DNA of 64,000 bases from Candidatus Woesearchaeota archaeon (GTDB lineage Archaea; Nanobdellota; Nanobdellia; Woesearchaeales; ARS49): positions 15,137 through 79,136 of the forward strand of contig JBBILB010000002.1 of assembly GCA_037445145.1 (NCBI GenBank), written 5' to 3'. This document shows, in pieces, positions 9,565-19,363 of the stretch (its first letter is position 1; every line of letters starts with the position of its first letter). The notes under the pieces are model-generated. The model did no database searches and was not told where the DNA came from. It saw nothing but the letters and a program-made list of their open reading frames with translations. A program made the translations under genes and the position numbers.

Positions 9565-10439
9565 TCCCTGAGCTGTTGAGCGAGAACTTCAGGAAGTTCA
9601 TCAACAGAGCTTGAATTTGCCTGCACAACAATCGCTGCAGGAATAACTTCTCCAACAACCAACCCATCAGGCATTTCAACAAGCTCTGCAGGCTCAGGCG
9701 GCAGCTGCTCAGGCAGCTCAATAATCTCAGGCGTTTCCGAAGAAATCACAGGCACCTCAGAATCCTGCACTGGAAACAAAGTGGTGTTTGCAGGCACAAA
9801 AGCATCAGAAGGCTCGAACTGTAATCCCCTGGCCAAAGGTTCAGGCAATACCAGCTTCCACGCAAGGAAAACGCCTGCAACAAGCGCCACAAAAACAAAA
9901 ATAAGCAGTGATTTGCGCTCAAGCAGGCACTCAAAAATGCTTTTCCCGGGGTGCAGTACAGGAACTTCCTTTGTGATTATTGCATTCACATCCTCCTCAA
10001 CAGGGTCACAAGGGCGTTGAGGCTCTGCAGGAGCAACATCCTCCATTTTTTCCCAGCCGGACTCATCAGAAAGGTCTGCAGACCTTACCTCAATACGTGG
10101 CTCCTCAGAATGTTCCTGCTTCTGTTCAGGTACGGATTCCTTTGCAGTGTTTGATGCCTCAGAAAATTTCTGCTCTTCCTCTTGTTCAGCAGGCGATTCA
10201 TTCTGCTTTTCCTCTTTTTCCTGCATTGGGTCTTCCTTTGTTTCCGACTCTGGGGCTGGCTCTTCTTTTTTTTCCTGCCTTTCCTTGTTTTCTTCCTGCT
10301 GTTCTTCAGAGGCTTTTGGCCTTATTTTCGGGCTGCAAAAGCAGGGCAATGGCTGCTGTTCGCCCTTTTTTTCCTCTTCCTTTTCCCTTTCAAGCTCCTC
10401 GCCAATGTCAAGGCTGTGGCTGTACCGCTCCCCCGCCAT
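9561..10439 (-). CDS. Highly acidic (E/K/Q/P-rich) single-pass membrane protein
   Basis: ORF trimmed to MAGERY... because the longer listed start would overlap the divergent epimerase start. It has a low-complexity acidic N-terminal half and the TM helix LLIFVFVALVAGVFLAWKLV. Confidence 0.55.
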   Translation of the reverse strand: MAGERYSHSLDIGEELEREKEEEKKGEQQPLPCFCSPKIRPKASEEQQEENKERQEKKEEPAPESETKEDPMQEKEEKQNESPAEQEEEQKFSEASNTAKESVPEQKQEHSEEPRIEVRSADLSDESGWEKMEDVAPAEPQRPCDPVEEDVNAIITKEVPVLHPGKSIFECLLERKSLLIFVFVALVAGVFLAWKLVLPEPLARGLQFEPSDAFVPANTTLFPVQDSEVPVISSETPEIIELPEQLPPEPAELVEMPDGLVVGEVIPAAIVVQANSSSVDELPEVLAQQLRD

Positions 10440-10512
10440 ACTGCCTGCAGAATAATACGGTCTATATAAAGAAAGCGCAACTTTTTTATTAAACGACAAA
10501 ACAAAAGCGCGA

Positions 10513-11505
10513 ATGCACGTTTTGATAACAGGGGGTGCGGGGTTCATAGGAAGCAACCTTATCCCAAGACTTTTGGAAAAAAACCACGAGATTCATTATG
10601 TTGTTGACAACCTCTCCGCAGGGGAGGCGTCAAAACTCCGGGCAAAACAAATAGAGCGCACTTACAAGCAAATAGAAGTTGCAGAATATAACGTGCTCTA
10701 CATAAGAAGCATCCTCCGTGACATAAAAAAAGGATTCATCCCGGGAACAACAAAGCCTGCAAACAAGATTGACGCAATCGTGCATCTTGCATCACCGGTT
10801 TCAGTGGCCGAATCAATTGAGAACCCTGATAAGTACCGCGATGAAATCAACAAGGGGACAGCGCGCGTACTTGAAGGCGCAAAAGAATGCGGCATAAATC
10901 GCGTAATAATTGCGTCAACAGCCGCGGTTTACGGAAATCCTGAAAAAACACCATTATCTGAGGACTCAAGAATTGACCCGGTCTCCCCCTACGGGTACGA
11001 GAAGTTTGCAGCTGAAGCACTCTCAAGAATATATTCCAGAGAGCACGGAATGGAAACAATAATCCTCAGGCTTTTCAACGTCTACGGGCCTGGCCAGGAC
11101 CACTCATCGCCGTATGCAGGAGCAATCTCCAATGTCATGCGGCGCCTCAAAGAAGGAAAAGCACCCCTGATATTCGGCGATGGCAAGCAGACAAGGGACT
11201 TTGTCAACATAACAGACGTGTGCGATGCAATAATCCTCGCGCTTGAGCTTGAAAAGCCAGAGCCCGGGCTAACATTGAACATTGGCAGCGGGAATGCTGC
11301 CACGCTGAATTCTGTCGTGGAATCCTGCATTGCCCTGTCAGGCAACAATGTCCAGCCAGTTTATCAACCGCAAAGGGCAGGGGACATAAGGAACTCGCAG
11401 GCAGACATCAGCAAAGCCCGAAAATGTCTTGGCTACGCGCCAAAAATAACCCTTGAGGAAGGATTAAAGGCAACATGGAACTGGCTCAACAACACGAAAA
11501 CATGA
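10513..11505 (+). CDS. NAD-dependent epimerase/dehydratase (UDP-sugar 4-epimerase-like SDR)
   Basis: N-terminal Rossmann motif ITGGAGFIGSNL and catalytic YxxxK (YGYEKFAAE). Length of 330 aa is typical. Confidence 0.85.
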   Translation: MHVLITGGAGFIGSNLIPRLLEKNHEIHYVVDNLSAGEASKLRAKQIERTYKQIEVAEYNVLYIRSILRDIKKGFIPGTTKPANKIDAIVHLASPVSVAESIENPDKYRDEINKGTARVLEGAKECGINRVIIASTAAVYGNPEKTPLSEDSRIDPVSPYGYEKFAAEALSRIYSREHGMETIILRLFNVYGPGQDHSSPYAGAISNVMRRLKEGKAPLIFGDGKQTRDFVNITDVCDAIILALELEKPEPGLTLNIGSGNAATLNSVVESCIALSGNNVQPVYQPQRAGDIRNSQADISKARKCLGYAPKITLEEGLKATWNWLNNTKT

Positions 11506-11508
11506 TTC

Positions 11509-12081
11509 TCAGCGCGTCCTGAAAATGCGTGCGCGCGGACCAAAAAACTTCCTAATACACGACGTGATTGCGTGCTCTCGCTCAATCCTGCCTGCAAAAT
11601 AAACCAGCACAAACCCTATTATTATGTATCCTGCAATGAAAACCCAAAGGTTTGGCAGGGCGCGCTCAAGATACGCATTCAGTGCCGGCTCTATCTTTCC
11701 AAAACCGACAACAAGCCCTGAAAGCAGGCCAAAAACCTGCTCGCGCCTGAAAATCATAAAAAACACAGCGCCAAGGCCCGGCAAGAGAGTCATCCAGCCA
11801 AGGGAGGCAAGCGTACGGGCAAAATTCCTGTGATAGCACAAAAGTATCAGTGCGCTCACGCCAAGCATGGCAAGCGCCGTCAGTGGAATGTGGCCAAGCT
11901 CAACAGCAATCTGCTCAGGCGCAGTGGTTATGAGCAAAGCTCCGAAAGGAATCAATGAAGCCAGCGAGGCAAGATAAACCAGCTTGGCAACCCCGCTCAC
12001 CACCCACCCCAGCAGTGTGGACTTGTATTTTGCCATAATGCGCGCTGAGACCAAAAGGTATAAATAACCTTCTTTCTGCAA
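11509..12081 (-). CDS. Multi-pass membrane protein, unknown function
   Basis: 190-aa hydrophobic ORF with about 5 predicted helices, convergent with the epimerase gene. Confidence 0.5.
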   Translation of the reverse strand: MQKEGYLYLLVSARIMAKYKSTLLGWVVSGVAKLVYLASLASLIPFGALLITTAPEQIAVELGHIPLTALAMLGVSALILLCYHRNFARTLASLGWMTLLPGLGAVFFMIFRREQVFGLLSGLVVGFGKIEPALNAYLERALPNLWVFIAGYIIIGFVLVYFAGRIEREHAITSCIRKFFGPRARIFRTR

Positions 12082-12096
12082 TGACGCTGAAAAAAG

Positions 12097-13053
12097 ATGG
12101 TGCTAGCAACTATAGCGCTGTTCCTTGGAGCATGCATACTGCTCGTGCTCTCAGGCTGGCTTCTTGTAAAAAGCCTGTCAAAAATTGCTGCATTCCTGCG
12201 GATAAATGAGTTCGTTGCAGCATTCATACTCATGGCATTCTGCACCTCGCTTCCCGAGCTTTTTGTCGGAATAAGCTCTGCCCTTGCAGGAAAGCCTACA
12301 ATCTCGCTTGGAAACGTGATCGGCTCAAACATAGTTGACCTGACTTTGATTGCCGGAATAGCAATAATATTGGCAAAAGGAATCAAGATAGAGCGCAAGA
12401 TCATTCCCCGCGAGGTTTTCGGAATGGTCTTCCTCACAGCCCTGCCAATGGTCCTGATGTATTTCGGCAAGGAATTGTCAAGGCTTGACGGCCTCATACT
12501 CCTCGGCGCATTCGCAGTATACATGTACGAAATGATAACCTCAAAGCACGCACAATACCGCGAGGAGCTTAGGGACCACATAACGCACTGGAAAGCACTC
12601 CTTGTCTTTGCAATTTTCATTGTTTGCGGCATAACACTCTATTTCAGCTCAAAAATGGTTGTGCATTACGGCTCAGAGCTCGCAACAATGCTTGGTTTGC
12701 CGCCAATAATCATCGGCCTGTTCTTTGTCGCAATCGGCACATCACTGCCTGACCTGACATTCAGCGCAAGGGCAGTAATTGCAGGGCACGCACCGCTCGC
12801 AATAGGCGACCTTGTCGGCGCAGTGGTGGTAAACTCAACAATAGTCCTTGCAATAACTGCACTTATCAACCCAATAACAAATTCGTTCTTGCTCTTTGTA
12901 ACGAGCGCGGCATTCATGATAGCAATAACATTCCTGTTCGCAACATTCATTGAAAGCGGCGACAAGCTCACGTGGAAGGAAGGAATATCACTTATCCTCT
13001 TTTACATCGTCTTTGTAATAATTGAGCTAAACCTCCAGCAGTATTTTGGCTGA
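12097..13053 (+). CDS. Ca2+/cation antiporter (CaCA family, YrbG/NCX_Mj-like)
   Basis: Two alpha-repeat signatures, GNVIGSNIVDLTLIAG and GDLVGAVVVNSTIVLA, in a roughly 10-TM protein of 318 aa. Confidence 0.8.
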   Translation: MVLATIALFLGACILLVLSGWLLVKSLSKIAAFLRINEFVAAFILMAFCTSLPELFVGISSALAGKPTISLGNVIGSNIVDLTLIAGIAIILAKGIKIERKIIPREVFGMVFLTALPMVLMYFGKELSRLDGLILLGAFAVYMYEMITSKHAQYREELRDHITHWKALLVFAIFIVCGITLYFSSKMVVHYGSELATMLGLPPIIIGLFFVAIGTSLPDLTFSARAVIAGHAPLAIGDLVGAVVVNSTIVLAITALINPITNSFLLFVTSAAFMIAITFLFATFIESGDKLTWKEGISLILFYIVFVIIELNLQQYFG

Positions 13054-13091
13054 GGAAAAGTATTTAATACTACTCCAAATGCCGGCAAATA

Positions 13092-14381
13092 ATGCGCATT
13101 ATTGCGGATTTACACATTCACAGCAGGTTCTCAAGAGCGTGCTCAAGGCAGACAAGCATAGAGAATCTTGACAAGTATGCACGGCTCAAAGGACTAAGCT
13201 TGCTGGGCACAGGGGATTTTCAGCATCCAAAATGGAATTCCGAACTCAAGCAGGAGCTTACAGAGATTCCAGGAACAGGGATTTACCAGACAAAAACAGG
13301 ATACCCTTTCATATACCAGACAGAAATCTCACTGGTTTACACCGACGGCGGGAAAGGGAGAAGAGTGCACCACGTTGTCCTTGCGCCATCACGCGAAGTG
13401 GCAGACCAGATTGCAGAAGCACTTGGCAAAAAAGGAAGGCTTGACTATGACGGAAGACCCATATTCAACATCACATCTGCTGGCTTTGTTGCAATGATGC
13501 AGTCAATCTCGCCAGACATAGAAGTGATTCCTGCGCACGCATGGACGCCCTGGTTTGGCGTCTTTGGCGACAAAAGCGGGTATGACCGCTTAAAGGACTG
13601 CTTCCACGACCAGACCAAACACATACACGCAATAGAAACAGGCCTGAGCAGCGACCCCCCGATGAACTGGCGGCTTTCAGAGCTTGACAGCACCAACCTT
13701 GTCTCTTTTTCTGACCTGCACTCATTCTGGCCCTGGAGGATTGGCAGGGAAGCAACAATATTTGACGTGAAAGAGCTCACCTACAAGAACATCCTCAAAG
13801 CAATAAGGACAGGAGAGGGGCTTGCAGAAACAATCGAGTTCTTCCCAGAAGAAGGCAAGTACCACTATGACGGACACAGGAATTGCGGAATCGTGATGAG
13901 CCCAAAAGAATCAATCGCAGTAAAAAAAATCTGCCCCAAGTGCGGGCAGCCTCTGACAATCGGAGTCGCGCACAGGGTTGAACAGCTCGCAGACAGGCCA
14001 GAAGGAAGCAGGGCGCCCAACGCAAAGCCGTACAGGAACCTGATTCCGCTCTCAGAGCTGATCTCAGCAGCAATCGGCAGTCCTGTTGCATCAAAGAACA
14101 CGTTCAAGGTGTTTTATGACCTTGTTGGAAAGTTCGGCAATGAATTTGCTGTTTTGCTTGACGCGCCAGAAGAAGAGCTCCTCAAGGCTGCTGATGCAAA
14201 AATTGTTGACCTGATAATGCGCAACCGAGACCAAAAAATAAAGTTCCACCCAGGATACGACGGAGAATACGGGCATCCAATATTCGGCGAAACGGAGACG
14301 CGGAAACCGGCGATTAATGCAGAGCTGCCAAAAACTGTTGAGCAGCCAAAAAACCCGCAGAAATCACTGGGTGAATTCTGA
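13092..14381 (+). CDS. endoQ: PHP-domain endonuclease, Endonuclease Q-like
   Basis: N-terminal DLHIHSRFSRA (PHP), GTGDFQHPKW, RVHHVV, PAHAWTPW, SFSDLHS..RIGRE, EEGKYHYDGH, Zn-ribbon CPKCGQPLTIGVAHRVEQL and C-terminal GYDGEYG. The order and spacing match what I recall of archaeal EndoQ. Confidence 0.65.
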   Translation: MRIIADLHIHSRFSRACSRQTSIENLDKYARLKGLSLLGTGDFQHPKWNSELKQELTEIPGTGIYQTKTGYPFIYQTEISLVYTDGGKGRRVHHVVLAPSREVADQIAEALGKKGRLDYDGRPIFNITSAGFVAMMQSISPDIEVIPAHAWTPWFGVFGDKSGYDRLKDCFHDQTKHIHAIETGLSSDPPMNWRLSELDSTNLVSFSDLHSFWPWRIGREATIFDVKELTYKNILKAIRTGEGLAETIEFFPEEGKYHYDGHRNCGIVMSPKESIAVKKICPKCGQPLTIGVAHRVEQLADRPEGSRAPNAKPYRNLIPLSELISAAIGSPVASKNTFKVFYDLVGKFGNEFAVLLDAPEEELLKAADAKIVDLIMRNRDQKIKFHPGYDGEYGHPIFGETETRKPAINAELPKTVEQPKNPQKSLGEF

Positions 14382-14406
14382 AGGATAAGACAGGGTTCTC
14401 AAACAA

Positions 14407-15115
14407 TCAAGAAGGCAAGTAGGTTCTAACAGACTCGAGAACCATTTCATCTTCCTTGCAAACCAACCAATTTCTTTCATTTGCAATAGTTTCTAATTTT
14501 TTGTTGGGCTTTACTGCTACAGGATAACAAACACATTCTAAAAATGCCAGATCGTGATGGCTATCTCCAAATCCTATAGACATATCCAGATTGACGTTAT
14601 TCCTTTGCAAGAATTCTTTTAAAACCCTCCTTTTTGTTTCGTCGACGGCGCAATTCTGAACAACTTTGCCCGTAAACATTCCTTTATCGATTTCGTAAGT
14701 GGTGGCAAATACATCAGGTATTCCAATGCTGTTGGCAAAAGGAACTATGATGTCATCCGGTGAGCCGCTAATAACCACAGGAGTGTATCCTTTTTGTATT
14801 ACCATTCCAACAAGTCCTTCCGTAAACTTAAACTTTTCTTCTTGATGTAAGCGCACATATCTTTCGCCCAAAGCCCTAACCTCTTTTTGATTTCTGCCTT
14901 TTACACCCCCTTCCAAACGCATTTACCAAATCCCATGCAAACTGTTCGTACTGATAGTTTGCATCCTTTTTATATCTGGAAAAACAAGCATTTATCATTC
15001 TTAATTCATCTTGCACAAACAACCCTTCTTCGTGCAAAGCCGCTGCAAATTTAATTATGTAAAACCCTTCGGATAACGTCCCATCAACATCAAATATGCT
15101 GATTTTTTTATTCAT
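14407..15115 (-). pseudogene. HAD-IB (phosphoserine-phosphatase-like) hydrolase, frame broken at a G5/C5 run
   Basis: The N-terminal fragment (14876..15115) carries motif I, IFDVDGTL. The C-terminal fragment (14407..14922) carries GSPDD and GDSHHDL. Removing one C from 14906-14910 fuses ...LVNAFGRG to VKGRNQKEVRALG. Confidence 0.7.
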
Positions 15116-15241
15116 CTTAATTGCTAGGAATCAGCATTTTATAAACCATTGCCAAAATTCACAGTTTCAATAGAACGCAAAAATGAGAAGTCTATTTCCC
15201 TTTCTGAAAATGTATATAAATAACCGCCAAAAAACAATGCT

Positions 15242-15748
15242 TTGAGGCGAGTGAATTTGGCAAACACAATTGTTTATCCGTATATTCCTGAAGGAAGGAC
15301 AATATCCTACGTTCCTGCAAACCACAAATACATGAAAGCATTAAAGGAATACGCAAGAATAATGTCCCTTGACAGGCAGCACCCAACAGCAGCATTCATT
15401 GTCAGGAACGGCGAAATACTTGGCAGGGGCGCAAACGGAAGCAAATACCACGAACTCCACGGCTGCGAAAGAAAAAGGCTAAACGTACCGACAGGGCAGG
15501 GGTATGAGCTTTGCGAGGGCTGCCACCCGAAAAACCACAGCGAGCCAAGGGCAATAAGCCACGCAAAAGAATCAGGGCATGACACAAGCGGCGCCAACCT
15601 TTACATGTGGGGGCACTGGTGGATATGCGAGCCCTGTTGGGGCTTAATCCTTGAAGCAAAAATCAATGATGTTTACCTTATGGAAGGAAGTGAAATCCTT
15701 TTCAACGAAAATCACCCCGACAACATTATTGGAAAGTTTGACATATGA
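15242..15748 (+). CDS. Cytidine/deoxycytidylate deaminase family protein (dCMP deaminase-like)
   Basis: Zinc motifs HSEPRAI (H[AS]E) and CEPCWGLI (PCxxC). The start is uncertain because the listed start is TTG. Confidence 0.7.
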   Translation: MRRVNLANTIVYPYIPEGRTISYVPANHKYMKALKEYARIMSLDRQHPTAAFIVRNGEILGRGANGSKYHELHGCERKRLNVPTGQGYELCEGCHPKNHSEPRAISHAKESGHDTSGANLYMWGHWWICEPCWGLILEAKINDVYLMEGSEILFNENHPDNIIGKFDI

Positions 15749-15831
15749 CTTTTTTGTCCCAATATATTTATATCTGTGATTCACGTAATATGCTTCAGTG
15801 TGACTTTATTGTCATACTGGGAGGTTTATTT

Positions 15832-16050
15832 ATGGCAAAGAAAACAGAAAGTTCACCAGAACAAATCGGATTCCACAAGGGCGCATTGACAACCCTTGCA
15901 AAGGAAAGGCAGGAGCTCGGAAGGCTTCTCGCAATAGTCGAGCAATTGATGCAGATGCACGTCAAGGCATTGAAAGACCTTGGAGTTGACCTTGCTGCAG
16001 AAGCAAAAAAGGCAGCTGCAAAAAAGCCACTAGAGGAGAAGGTAAAGTAA
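15832..16050 (+). CDS. Small (72 aa) helical/coiled-coil protein
   Basis: ATG preceded by GGGAGG 9 nt upstream. Charged helical sequence with no TM. The stop lies 1 nt before the next start. Confidence 0.5.
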   Translation: MAKKTESSPEQIGFHKGALTTLAKERQELGRLLAIVEQLMQMHVKALKDLGVDLAAEAKKAAAKKPLEEKVK

Positions 16051-16051
16051 G

Positions 16052-16882
16052 ATGAGCTATTGCGGCTCCTCGTGCGGATATGGAAGTTCTGGCAGCAGCT
16101 ATTGCCAGAGCGCTGCTTCTTATGGGGGCAGCAGCTATTCAGGCGCACAACAGTCATACTTCCCGAAAGAGCACCTGTATGCGCATTCCTCAATTGACAG
16201 CGTGGTGAGCCACGCTTCGGTTGAAAAGCCCTCAAAGGCACTGCTGCAATATGTCCCAAGCTCTGCAAAAGGGGCTTACTTGTCATTAAGGACACCGCAG
16301 GAATACTTTATTGCAGACAGGTTCCTTAAGCCAGGGAGCACTGCACACTTTGTCGGCAATGCAACAGAGATACAGGAAGACATCAAGGAGGCCTTCAAGG
16401 CAACAACAGGCGAGGAACTCCCCCAGGACATCAGAATCACAGTGCTTAATGACAGGGAATTCAGGAAGGCGCACATTGAAAGCACAAGCAGGTGGAATGA
16501 GGGGATAATGGGCTTCAGCCTCAATGCAAACGGCAAGGGGGCAAGCGAGGTCTTTGCCAGGGCAGACCAGCTTGACAGATTAATGCTTACAATAGGTCAC
16601 GAAATTGGGCACGTGCTCACACCAACCCTGAAGTCGCCGCACGACGAGGAGGCAAAGGCATTTGCGTTCTCTCTCGCATGGATGAACGCGATAAGGGAGA
16701 ACAACATTGCAGGAATCGGAAGCCAAATACTGCCAAACCCCGCCAATAACGACCTGCACGACAGAGCATACAGTTTTGTCCAGCGCGCAATAATGGCAGG
16801 AGCAAGCGCGTGGGAAACATTCCTGCAGATTGCAAAAGGAATGCTCACAATAAATGAACAACCAATACTCATGGAGGCATGA
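16052..16882 (+). CDS. Putative zinc metallopeptidase (HExxH) with Cys/Gly/Ser/Tyr low-complexity N-terminus
   Basis: HEIGH motif (TIGHEIGHVLTP) followed by DEEAKAFAFSLAW. The N-terminal 40 aa read MSYCGSSCGYGSSGSSYCQSAASYGGSSYSGAQQSY. Confidence 0.55.
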   Translation: MSYCGSSCGYGSSGSSYCQSAASYGGSSYSGAQQSYFPKEHLYAHSSIDSVVSHASVEKPSKALLQYVPSSAKGAYLSLRTPQEYFIADRFLKPGSTAHFVGNATEIQEDIKEAFKATTGEELPQDIRITVLNDREFRKAHIESTSRWNEGIMGFSLNANGKGASEVFARADQLDRLMLTIGHEIGHVLTPTLKSPHDEEAKAFAFSLAWMNAIRENNIAGIGSQILPNPANNDLHDRAYSFVQRAIMAGASAWETFLQIAKGMLTINEQPILMEA

Positions 16883-18750
16883 TTTTTATGGCAAAAAAAG
16901 ACAAAAAGGAAGAAAAAAAGGCACCGCCTGCGCCGCAGGATGAGAGCCTGCCGCCGCAAGTGCGCGAAAAGCTTGCACAATTGAAGGCAAAGCTTGAAAA
17001 GTTCCAGAAAGCAGTAACAGAAAAGTTTGACAAGTATGTAGTCGGCGTTGCCCTGATGCCTCCGCCAAAAGCGCCTCCAGCAACACTGCCGCCTGAAATC
17101 CTTGCAGAAGAGCAGAAGCGCTTTGAGCAAATAAAAGACAAGCACCACGTCCTCGTGCTCATTGACGACACAGAGCCGTCAAAAATGTCAAAGCAGGAAT
17201 TAAAGGACAAGCTCACCGCAATAATGGACACTACCGCAGGCGAGATTGACAAGTCAATAGTCCCCCAAACCCTGCTCCTGACAGAGCTCTGGCAGAACTG
17301 TTATGACGGAAAGTACGACTGGCTCCAGCTCATAGCGCTCTCGGCGCCGGTCTATGACACAGGAATGCTCGGCGCAATCAAGATTGCAGAAGTACACAAG
17401 GGCATGGTCCTGAAAAAGTTTGAGAAATACATTGTCGCATACGTGCTCGCAGGAAGCATAGTCACAGGAAGGGCAACAAAGGAAAGCGACATTGACGTCT
17501 TCATAGTGATAGACGACACAGACGTCAAGAAAATGACGCGCGCAGAGCTCAAGGACAAGCTCCGCGCAATCATAATCAACATGGGGCTTGACGCGGGAGA
17601 CATAACAGGAATCAAGAACAAGATAAACATACAAACATACATCCTGACAGACTTCTGGGACGCGATAAGGGAGGCAAACCCTGTGATGTTCACATTCCTG
17701 CGCGACGGAGTGCCGTTCTTTGACCGCGGCATCTTCATGCCCTGGAAGCAACTGCTCAAGATGGGAAAGATAAAGCCATCGCCAGAGGCAATTGACATGT
17801 ACATGAGCACAGGCGAGCAGGGGCTTGAAAGGATAAAGTTCAAGCTCAAGGACATAGCGACAGAGGACTTCTTCTGGAGCATCCTCACGCCAACACAGGC
17901 AGCACTGATGCTTTACGGCGTGCCGCCTCCTGCGCCAAAGGAAACCTGTGAAGTACTCCGCGAGCTTTTCGTGAAAAAGGAAAAGCTCCTTGAGGACGAA
18001 TACGTCAAAATACTCGAGAACGTCATCCAAACGAGGAAGGACATTGAGCACGGAATAAAGAAAGACGTAACAGGAAAGGAACTTGACAAGCTCCTTGAGG
18101 ACTCTGAAAAGTACATGAAGCGCCTCAAAAAGCTTTTTGCCCAGATAGAAAAGACAAAAGAAGAGGAAATGATAGTCAACCTGCACGAAACACTCCTCAC
18201 CGTCATAAGGGACGTGCTAAAGGCAGAAGGCGAGGAAAAAGTCCTTGAAGAGGAACTAATCAGCACCTTTGAGGACAAGCTTATCTCAACAGGGAAGATT
18301 CCTGCAAAATTCCTCAGGCTCCTGAACGAATTCCTTGAAGCAAAAAAAGCATACGACGCAGGAAAGCTGACAAAAACAGACATTGAGAAGACCCGCAAGA
18401 ACTCATCAGAGCTCATCAAGTTCCTTGTTGAACACCTGCAGCGCAAGCGCGGAAGGGAGCTTGAGCAGGCAAAGGTCAGAGTCAAGTACGGAGAAAAGTT
18501 CGGCGAAATAACCCTGCTCGGAAGCATTGCATTTGTCGTCAGAAACCTTGACGCTCCTGAAAAAATGATTGAGAAAGCAGTCATCAACAGGGACGGCTCT
18601 CTCGGCTCACTGGAACCAAGCTCTTGGGACGAGTTTGAGAAAGCGCTGGCAAAAACAGCAATCCCGCCAAAGGTCTTCATAAGGGAGCCAGTGTTTGAGT
18701 CCCTCAAGAGGATTTTCGGCAAAGATGTTGAAGTGCTCCTGACGCAGTAA
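16879..18750 (+). CDS. Tandem Pol-beta-type nucleotidyltransferase domains (first degenerate) plus HEPN-like helical region
   Basis: Active-type motif LAGSIVTGRATKESDIDVFIVIDD. An upstream paralogous segment (HHVLVLIDD..MSKQELKDKLTAIM) lacks the GS motif. Rx4H (TRKDIEHG) lies in the helical C-terminal half. The start overlaps the previous stop (ATGA). Confidence 0.65.
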   Translation: MIFMAKKDKKEEKKAPPAPQDESLPPQVREKLAQLKAKLEKFQKAVTEKFDKYVVGVALMPPPKAPPATLPPEILAEEQKRFEQIKDKHHVLVLIDDTEPSKMSKQELKDKLTAIMDTTAGEIDKSIVPQTLLLTELWQNCYDGKYDWLQLIALSAPVYDTGMLGAIKIAEVHKGMVLKKFEKYIVAYVLAGSIVTGRATKESDIDVFIVIDDTDVKKMTRAELKDKLRAIIINMGLDAGDITGIKNKINIQTYILTDFWDAIREANPVMFTFLRDGVPFFDRGIFMPWKQLLKMGKIKPSPEAIDMYMSTGEQGLERIKFKLKDIATEDFFWSILTPTQAALMLYGVPPPAPKETCEVLRELFVKKEKLLEDEYVKILENVIQTRKDIEHGIKKDVTGKELDKLLEDSEKYMKRLKKLFAQIEKTKEEEMIVNLHETLLTVIRDVLKAEGEEKVLEEELISTFEDKLISTGKIPAKFLRLLNEFLEAKKAYDAGKLTKTDIEKTRKNSSELIKFLVEHLQRKRGRELEQAKVRVKYGEKFGEITLLGSIAFVVRNLDAPEKMIEKAVINRDGSLGSLEPSSWDEFEKALAKTAIPPKVFIREPVFESLKRIFGKDVEVLLTQ

Positions 18751-18754
18751 AAAA

Positions 18755-19363
18755 ATGCTGTATTCGGAAGAGCTCGGCATAAAATTAAAGGGAGGAAAAG
18801 AAGCAGAAGTATTCAAGTGGTTTCTTGCCTCACTGCTCTTCGGAAAGCCAATACAGGAAGTAGTTGCGAAAAAGACATACCAGCTTTTCGCCCTGAAAAG
18901 AATCACAACCCCTGACGCAATCCTGAGAACAGGGTGGGACAGACTTGTTGAAATCCTTGACCTTGGCGGGTACGTGCGCTATGATTTCTCAACAGCAACA
19001 AAGCTGCTCAACATAATGAACCAGTTGAAGGAAAAATATGGCGGGAAAATAACAAATGTCCACAAGACTGCAAAAGACGCCAAAGACCTTGAGAAGCGCC
19101 TTGCGGAATTTTACGGCGTCGGGCCAGTGACTGCAAACATATTCCTGCGCGAACTCAGAACAGTTTGGAAAAAAGCAAACCCAGAGCCCTTGCCGGCGGT
19201 AAAGGCTGCTGCAAAAAAGCTCGGCATCAGGCTCCCAAGGAACAGGAAGACAATGCGCTTTGTCAGGATAGAGGCAATGATGGTAAGGAAGCGCAAAGCC
19301 CAACCAGCGAAAGACGGCAAAAAGTTACTTTTATATACCTGTTCCTCTCGGTCAGAGGCATGA
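18755..19363 (+). CDS. Helix-hairpin-helix DNA-binding / glycosylase-like protein
   Basis: HhH motif LAEFYGVGPVTANIFLRELR and a basic C-terminal tail. Family assignment is uncertain. Confidence 0.45.
   Translation: MLYSEELGIKLKGGKEAEVFKWFLASLLFGKPIQEVVAKKTYQLFALKRITTPDAILRTGWDRLVEILDLGGYVRYDFSTATKLLNIMNQLKEKYGGKITNVHKTAKDAKDLEKRLAEFYGVGPVTANIFLRELRTVWKKANPEPLPAVKAAAKKLGIRLPRNRKTMRFVRIEAMMVRKRKAQPAKDGKKLLLYTCSSRSEA

Noticed and set aside
17254-18722. 310-aa and 269-aa ORFs antisense to the nucleotidyltransferase gene
   Set aside because: Their compositions are Cys/Leu/Val-rich or Ser/Phe-rich and implausible, while the sense strand carries the NTase motif and genome-typical codon usage.
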